Source: Alphaproteobacteria bacterium (GTDB taxonomy: Bacteria; Pseudomonadota; Alphaproteobacteria; UBA2966; CAIVPW01). From it: 64,000 bases of DNA. The position numbers and the translations under genes are program-made. Of the stretch, positions 58,489 through 64,000 are shown piece by piece. Positions within the stretch are counted from its first letter, which is position 1, and every line of letters starts with the position of its first letter. The notes below the pieces were generated by a model. The model did no database searches, was not told where the DNA came from, and was given only the letters and a program-made list of their open reading frames with translations. The stretch spans positions 5,454-69,453 of the forward strand of contig VGER01000004.1 of NCBI GenBank assembly GCA_016869235.1, in the 5' to 3' direction.

Positions 58489-59546
58489 GTTTCCTCTGGC
58501 CCTCCATGCTTTGGCTGCTGGTGCTGCCGCCCTTGCTGGTGCTGATGTACCTGTGGGTGCTGCGCCGCAAGAAGCGCGAGGCGCTGCGGTACGCCAACCT
58601 CGCCATGGTGCGCCAGTCGATCGGCCGCGGCTCGCGCTTGCGCCGCCACGCGCCGCCGCTGTTGATGCTCGCGGCCTTCGTCGCGCTGCTGCTGGGCATG
58701 GCGCGCCCCGAGGCATACATGACGCTGCCGTCGCGCACTTCCGACGTCGTCATGGCGATGGACATCTCCGGCAGCATGCGCGCCGGCGACATCGAACCGA
58801 CCCGCATCGAGGCGTCGAAGATCGCGGCGAAGAATTTCATCAAGATGCAGCCGCGCGACGTCAAGATCGGCATAACCGCGTTCGCCGGCTCGGCGCTGCT
58901 GGTGCAGGCGCCCACCATCGACCGCGACGCGCTCGCCACCGTCATCGACCGCATGGAGCTGCAGCGCGGCACCGCCATCGGCAGCGCCATCCTGGTGTCG
59001 CTCAAGACCATCTTTCCGCAGGCGCAGATCGACATCAGCATGATGTCGCCGCAGGAGCGCGCCATGGCGCAGCGCGGCGGCGTTGCCCTCGGCCAGCAGA
59101 CGCCCGGCGCTCCGGAGCCCAAGCCGCATACGCCCGTGCTGCCGGGGTCATACGAGAACGCCATCATCGTCGTGCTTACCGACGGCAACACCAACACCGG
59201 TGTCGACCCGATCCAGGCCGCACGGCTCGCCGCCGACTATGGCGTCAAGGTGTTCACCGTCGGCTTCGGCGCGCAGCCGAGCGGCGGCGTCGCCGAGTTC
59301 GCCGGGCAGCGCCAGCGCTCGATGCTCAACGAGGAGGCGCTGCGCCAGGTCGCCGAGATCACCCGTGGCGCCTACTTCCACGCCTCGACGGCCGAGGAGC
59401 TCACCGAGGTCTACGCCACCCTGAACCGCGAGTTCTTCGTCGAGACGAAGAAGACCGAGGTGACCGCGTTCTTTGCTGCGCTCGCCACGGCGCTAACCTT
59501 CGCGTCGGTGGCGCTGTCGATGATGTGGTTCAGCCGGGTGTTCTAA
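58485..59546 (+). CDS. BatA-like VWA-domain membrane protein
   Basis: N-terminal TM; ...DVVMAMDISGSMRAGDIEPTRIEASK... (MIDAS DxSxS); C-terminal TM. Its start overlaps the DUF58 stop (ATGA). Confidence 0.8.
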   Translation: MSFLWPSMLWLLVLPPLLVLMYLWVLRRKKREALRYANLAMVRQSIGRGSRLRRHAPPLLMLAAFVALLLGMARPEAYMTLPSRTSDVVMAMDISGSMRAGDIEPTRIEASKIAAKNFIKMQPRDVKIGITAFAGSALLVQAPTIDRDALATVIDRMELQRGTAIGSAILVSLKTIFPQAQIDISMMSPQERAMAQRGGVALGQQTPGAPEPKPHTPVLPGSYENAIIVVLTDGNTNTGVDPIQAARLAADYGVKVFTVGFGAQPSGGVAEFAGQRQRSMLNEEALRQVAEITRGAYFHASTAEELTEVYATLNREFFVETKKTEVTAFFAALATALTFASVALSMMWFSRVF

Positions 59547-59577
59547 GGGTCGTTCCGAAAGCGAGCTGCAGCGCGGC

Positions 59578-60042
59578 TCAGCCGGCGCGAATTCGGTCCA
59601 GCGCGCCCTGCAGGATGTAGGCGGCCGCCATCTTGTCCACCGCCGCGGCGCGCTTCCGGCGTGATGCGTCGGCATCCAGCATGCTGCGTGTCACCGCGGC
59701 CGTGGACAGGCGCTCGTCCCACAGCGCCACCGGCAGCCCGAGCTCGCGTTCGAGGTTGCGTGCGAGTTGCCGCGCCGACTGGGCGCTCGGTCCTTCGCTG
59801 CCGTCCATGTTGCGCGGTAGGCCCATCACCAGTCCGCCGACGTTCTCCTCGTCGGCGATGCCTTTGATCTCGGTCACCAGCACGCCGAGCTTGCCGCGCT
59901 TGAGCGTGGCGTAGGGGGTCGCCACGGCGAGGCCGGGATCGCAGATCGCCACGCCGATGTTCTTCTCGCCCGGGTCGAGCCCGAGCAGGCGCTGGCCCGG
60001 CTTGAGCAGCTGCAAGAGGTCCGTCGGGTTGCGGTCGCCCAT
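59578..60042 (-). CDS. ruvX: Putative pre-16S rRNA nuclease / Holliday-junction resolvase-like YqgF
   Basis: ...RLLGLDPGEKNIGVAICDPGLAVATPYATL...GLVMGLPRNMDGSEG...DERLSTAAV... Confidence 0.85.
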   Translation of the reverse strand: MGDRNPTDLLQLLKPGQRLLGLDPGEKNIGVAICDPGLAVATPYATLKRGKLGVLVTEIKGIADEENVGGLVMGLPRNMDGSEGPSAQSARQLARNLERELGLPVALWDERLSTAAVTRSMLDADASRRKRAAAVDKMAAAYILQGALDRIRAG

Positions 60043-60117
60043 GGTGGCTGGTAGGTTCCGCCCTTCTCGAAACCAAGCGTTTCTGCCGCTTTTGACGGCA
60101 GGTGCAGAAGGTTACAC

Positions 60118-60405
60118 ATGGCGCTGGATAAGGCCACGGTGACGAAGATTGCCCGGCTGGCGCGGCTGCGCGTCGCCGAGACCGAGAAGGACGGGCTGGC
60201 CGGCGAGTTGTCCAACATCCTCTCGTTCATCGAGCAGCTCGACGAGGTGGACACCAAGGGCGTCGAGCCGATGACCAGCGTAGTCGCCGTGCCGCTGCGC
60301 CGGCGCACCGACGAGGTGACCGACGGCGGCAAGCCCGAGGACATCCTCGCCAATGCGCCCGAAGCGACGGCCGGCTTCTTCACCATCCCCAAGGTGATCG
60401 AATAG
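60118..60405 (+). CDS. gatC: Asp/Glu-tRNA amidotransferase subunit C
   Basis: [52 protein letters not shown]... Confidence 0.88.
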   Translation: MALDKATVTKIARLARLRVAETEKDGLAGELSNILSFIEQLDEVDTKGVEPMTSVVAVPLRRRTDEVTDGGKPEDILANAPEATAGFFTIPKVIE

Positions 60406-61886
60406 TGGCGGCACTTACCGACCTTTCGCTGGCCGACGCGCGCGATGGACTGAAGGCGCGCAAGTTCTCGGCGACCGAGCTGACGCGCGCCCACGTCGAG
60501 GCGATGGCGGCGGCGCGCCCGCTCAACGCCTTCATCACCGAGACGCCGGAGAGGGCGCTGGCGATGGCGGCCGAGTCCGACAAGCGCATCGCCGCCGGCA
60601 CGGCGCGGCCGCTCGAGGGGCTGCCGATCGCCATCAAGGACCTGTTCTGCACCAAGGGGGTGCGCACCACGGCCGCGTCGCACATCCTCGAGCCGTTCGT
60701 GCCCACCTACGAGTCCGCCGTCACCCAGAAGCTGTTCGACGACGGCGCGGTGATGCTCGGCAAGGTCAATCTCGACGAGTTCGCCATGGGCTCGTCCAAC
60801 GAGACCAGCTACTTCGGCCCGGTCGAGAATCCGTGGCGGCGCATCGGCGAGAATCGCAGCCGCGTGCCGGGCGGCTCGTCGGGCGGCTCGGCTGCCGCGG
60901 TGTCGGGGCGCTTCGCGCTTGCGGCCACCGGCACCGACACCGGCGGCTCCATTCGCCAGCCGGCCGCGTTCTGCGGCATCGTCGGCATCAAGCCGACCTA
61001 CGGGCGCTGCTCGCGCTGGGGCATCGTCGCGTTCGCCTCGTCCTTGGATCAGGCCGGGCCGATGACGCGCACGGTGAAGGACGCCGCCATCATGCTGCGC
61101 TCGATGTCGGGGTTTGATCCCAAGGACTCGACCTCGGTCGACATGGCGGTGCCCGACTACGAGAAGGCGCTGACCGGCAACATCAAAGGCTTGAAGGTCG
61201 GCATCCCCGAGGAATACCGCGTCGACGGCATGCCCAAGGAGATCGAGGCGATCTGGTCGAAAGGCGCCGAGTGGCTGAAGGCGGCCGGCGCCACCATCAA
61301 GCCGGTGAAGCTGCCGCTCACCAAGTACGCGCTACCGACGTACTACATCGTCGCGCCGGCCGAGTGCTCGTCCAACCTGGCGCGCTACGACGGCGTGCGC
61401 TTCGGCTTGCGTGAGAAGGGCGACGACCTCACCGGCATGTACGAGGGCACGCGCGGCGCCGGCTTCGGCCGCGAGGTGCGCCGCCGCATCCTCATCGGCA
61501 CCTACGTGCTCTCGGCCGGCTACTACGACGCCTATTACCTGAAGGCGCAGCGCGTGCGGGCGCTCATCGCCCGCGACTTCGCCAACGCGTTCAAAGATGT
61601 GGACGTGCTGCTCGCGCCGACCGCGCCGTCGGCCGCGTTCGCGCGCGGTGAGAAGACCGCTGATCCCATCGCCATGTACCTGAACGACGTGTTCACGGTG
61701 CCGGCCAGCCTCGCCGGCCTGCCGGGCATTTCGGTGCCGGCCGGCCTCTCCGGCGAGGGGCTGCCGCTCGGCCTGCAGCTCATCGGCCGAGCCTACGACG
61801 AGGAGACCGTGCTGCGCACCGCCGGCGTGCTCGAGCAGGCGGCCCAGTTCAATGCGCGGCCGGCAACATGGTGGAAGCAAAACTAA
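60405..61886 (+). CDS. gatA: Asp/Glu-tRNA amidotransferase subunit A (GTG start sharing one base with the gatC stop)
   Basis: Amidase signature ...[51 protein letters not shown]... Confidence 0.92.
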   Translation: MAALTDLSLADARDGLKARKFSATELTRAHVEAMAAARPLNAFITETPERALAMAAESDKRIAAGTARPLEGLPIAIKDLFCTKGVRTTAASHILEPFVPTYESAVTQKLFDDGAVMLGKVNLDEFAMGSSNETSYFGPVENPWRRIGENRSRVPGGSSGGSAAAVSGRFALAATGTDTGGSIRQPAAFCGIVGIKPTYGRCSRWGIVAFASSLDQAGPMTRTVKDAAIMLRSMSGFDPKDSTSVDMAVPDYEKALTGNIKGLKVGIPEEYRVDGMPKEIEAIWSKGAEWLKAAGATIKPVKLPLTKYALPTYYIVAPAECSSNLARYDGVRFGLREKGDDLTGMYEGTRGAGFGREVRRRILIGTYVLSAGYYDAYYLKAQRVRALIARDFANAFKDVDVLLAPTAPSAAFARGEKTADPIAMYLNDVFTVPASLAGLPGISVPAGLSGEGLPLGLQLIGRAYDEETVLRTAGVLEQAAQFNARPATWWKQN

Positions 61887-61891
61887 GAAGC

Positions 61892-61920
61892 CCTCATGCT
61901 GAGCTTGTCGAAGCATGAGG
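61892..61920. repeat. Hairpin immediately after gatA (left boundary of the GIY-YIG insert)
   Basis: CCTCATGC-tgagcttgtcgaa-GCATGAGG (8-bp stem). Confidence 0.4.
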
Positions 61921-61938
61921 TCCGCCACATCGCACTCG

Positions 61939-62262
61939 ATGAATGCGTTCGTTTACATCGTTCAATGTAGAGACGGCATGTATTACGTCGGTTCTACGCG
62001 CGGCTCCCTTGATAAGCAAATTGCTGAGCACAACTCCGGTGCGTTCGGCGGGTTCACGGCTTCGCGTCGACCCGTCACGTTGGTTTACTCGCAGAGTTTC
62101 GAACGCATAACGGACGTCATTGCTGCCGAACGCCAACTGAAGGGTTGGAGTCGGGCGAAGAAGCAAGCGTTGATGCGGGGCGAGATGCCGGCGCTTGTAA
62201 TCCTCGCTAAGGGGAGGAAACCTCGTCCTTCGACAGGCTCAGGACGAGGCGCATCGTCATGA
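61939..62262 (+). CDS. GIY-YIG nuclease-family small protein inserted between gatA and gatB (lower GC)
   Basis: [34 protein letters not shown]... is a GIY-YIG motif. GC content about 55% against about 68% in flanking DNA. The ORF tail overlaps the gatB start. Confidence 0.7.
   Translation: MNAFVYIVQCRDGMYYVGSTRGSLDKQIAEHNSGAFGGFTASRRPVTLVYSQSFERITDVIAAERQLKGWSRAKKQALMRGEMPALVILAKGRKPRPSTGSGRGASS
62221..62249. repeat. Hairpin at the right boundary of the GIY-YIG insert, sequestering the putative gatB Shine-Dalgarno
   Basis: CCTCGTCCT-tcgacaggctc-AGGACGAGG (9-bp perfect stem). The GAGG of the 3' arm lies about 10 nt upstream of the gatB ATG (62259). Confidence 0.4.
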
Positions 62263-63755
62263 CCTCCCCCACCCCCGCGCTTCTCAAAGGCGAGACCGGC
62301 GAGTGGGAGCTCATCATCGGGCTCGAGGTGCACGCCCAGGTCAGCTCGCAGTCCAAGCTCTTCTCCGGCGCGTCCACCGAGTTCGGCGCCGAGCCCAACA
62401 CCCAGGTGTCGCTGGTCGACACGGCGTTCCCCGGCATGCTGCCGGTCATCAACGACTACTGCGTGCAGCAGGCGGTGCGCACCGGCTTGGGTCTCAATGC
62501 GCGCATCAACCTGCGCTCGGTGTTCGACCGCAAGAACTACTTCTATCCCGACCTCCCGCCCGGCTATCAGATCTCGCAGTACAAGCAGCCGATCGTCGGC
62601 GAGGGCATCGTCACGGTCGACCTGCCCGACGGCAGCGTGCGCGAGGTCGGCATCGAGCGCCTGCATCTGGAGCAGGACGCCGGCAAGAGCCTGCACGACC
62701 AGCATCCGAAGCTCACCTACGTCGACCTCAATCGTGCCGGCGTGGCGCTGATGGAGATCGTCTCCAAGCCCGACCTGCGCTCGGCCGAGGAGGCCGGCGC
62801 CTACGTCAAGAAGTTGCGCACGATTCTCCGCTATCTCGGCACCTGCGACGGCAACATGGAGCAGGGGAGTCTGCGCTGCGACGTCAACGTCTCGGTGCGC
62901 AAGCCGGGCGCGCCGCTCGGCACGCGTTGCGAGATCAAGAACGTGAATTCGGTGCGCTTCCTGCAGCAGGCGGTGGAGTTCGAGTCGCGCCGCCAGATCG
63001 ACGCGCTCGAGGCCGGGCGTGCCATCAAGCAGGAGACGCGTCTCTACGATGCCAACACCGGCGAGACGCGCTCCATGCGCTCCAAGGAAGAGGCGCACGA
63101 CTATCGCTACTTCCCCGATCCCGACTTGCTGCCCCTTGAGCTCAGCCAGGACTACGTCGAGAGCATCCGTGGCAGCCTGCCCGAGTTGCCTGACGCCAAG
63201 CGCGCCCGCTTCGAGAAGGATCTCGCCATCTCGCACTACCACGCCCGCGTGCTGGTGGCCGAGAAGGAGTCGGCCGACTACTTCGAGGCGTTCGTCGCCG
63301 CGGTCGAGAAGCGCACCACGAAGTCGGGCCGCGACATCGGCCAGGACTGCGCCAACGTCGTCGTCACTGAGCTGTTCGGCGCGCTCAACAAGGACGCCAA
63401 GCCGATCGAGGCTTCGCCCATCACCCCCGATGCGCTCGCCGGGCTGCAGGCGCTCAAGATGGACGGCACCATCTCCGGCCCGACCGCCAAGAAGGTGTTC
63501 GAGGAGATGTACGCCACCGGCAAGCAGGCCGCCGCCATCGTCGAGGAGAAGGGCCTCCGTCAGGTCTCCGACACCGGCGCCTTGGAGGCGATGGTGGACA
63601 AGGTCATCGCCGACAACCCCAAGCAGGTCGAGCAGTACCGCGGCGGCAAGGAAACCGTGCTGACCTTCTTCGTCGGCCAGATCATGAAAGCCAGCCGCGG
63701 CACCGCCAACCCGGCGGTGATCAACGAGCTGCTGAAGAAGAAGTTGGCGAGGTAG
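62259..63755 (+). CDS. gatB: Asp/Glu-tRNA amidotransferase subunit B
   Basis: [40 protein letters not shown]... 498 aa. Confidence 0.92.
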   Translation: MTSPTPALLKGETGEWELIIGLEVHAQVSSQSKLFSGASTEFGAEPNTQVSLVDTAFPGMLPVINDYCVQQAVRTGLGLNARINLRSVFDRKNYFYPDLPPGYQISQYKQPIVGEGIVTVDLPDGSVREVGIERLHLEQDAGKSLHDQHPKLTYVDLNRAGVALMEIVSKPDLRSAEEAGAYVKKLRTILRYLGTCDGNMEQGSLRCDVNVSVRKPGAPLGTRCEIKNVNSVRFLQQAVEFESRRQIDALEAGRAIKQETRLYDANTGETRSMRSKEEAHDYRYFPDPDLLPLELSQDYVESIRGSLPELPDAKRARFEKDLAISHYHARVLVAEKESADYFEAFVAAVEKRTTKSGRDIGQDCANVVVTELFGALNKDAKPIEASPITPDALAGLQALKMDGTISGPTAKKVFEEMYATGKQAAAIVEEKGLRQVSDTGALEAMVDKVIADNPKQVEQYRGGKETVLTFFVGQIMKASRGTANPAVINELLKKKLAR

Positions 63756-63815
63756 CCAGTCCTTGAGCCCTCGCCCGCATGGCGAGAGGGAAGGGAGAGT
63801 GGCAAGTGAATCGTC

Positions 63816-64000
63816 GTGCCGACCTCGCTCGCCTGCACCTACGATCCGGCCCTCCGCCTGCTCACCACCGAGTTGATCGGCACCGTCACCGTCGCCGACG
63901 CCGAGCGGTGGAATGCCAACGTCGGCTCCGCGCTCGCCGCCATCCCGGACGGGACATCGTTCCGGTGGCTCTCCAACATGCATGGCTACGAGCCGGCCGA
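63816..64000 (+). CDS. Hypothetical protein, 5' part only (runs off the window end; GTG start tentative)
   Basis: High-GC3 frame reading VPTSLACTYDPALRLLTTELIGTVTVADAERWNANVGSALAAIPDGTSFRWLSNMHGYEPA... A TGA lies immediately upstream in the same frame. Confidence 0.3.
   Translation, partial: MPTSLACTYDPALRLLTTELIGTVTVADAERWNANVGSALAAIPDGTSFRWLSNMHGYEPA

Overview
High-GC (about 68%) chromosomal segment with alphaproteobacterial gene content and synteny. It opens inside the spc/alpha ribosomal-protein operons (rplN to rplQ, with secY, adk and rpoA), then runs through rarA, an RluA-family pseudouridine synthase, ATP12, acyP, lipB, a solitary fliN-like gene, tRNA-Leu(GAG), mgtE, mipA, an LhgO-like oxidase, galU and ugd. 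It continues with clpS-clpA, a 12-kb accessory block (about 29.2-42.6 kb), a ROK kinase, a DUF3572 gene, pleD, rpmG, a DUF983 gene, rnr, topA, dprA, plsY, pyrC, pyrB, a MoxR-DUF58-BatA operon, ruvX, and gatC-gatA-[GIY-YIG insert]-gatB. One tRNA was found; no rRNA, CRISPR array, transposase or integrase was seen. The accessory block holds a PEP-CTERM-like exported protein, an unusually large di-haem cytochrome c peroxidase-family protein, two tandem exported TPR-like repeat proteins, a DUF482 acyltransferase, a RidA protein and a GGDEF protein, bracketed by two paralogous pentapeptide-repeat genes. Across the window I identified seven disrupted accessory genes (three with in-frame TAG/TAA codons, three with single-base frameshifts, one with no stop codon), while the roughly 55 housekeeping genes read cleanly. 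I could not assign the accessory block to any described system; it is the best candidate for something new. Function calls rest on my recognition of motifs and families from the translated ORFs and are not database-verified.
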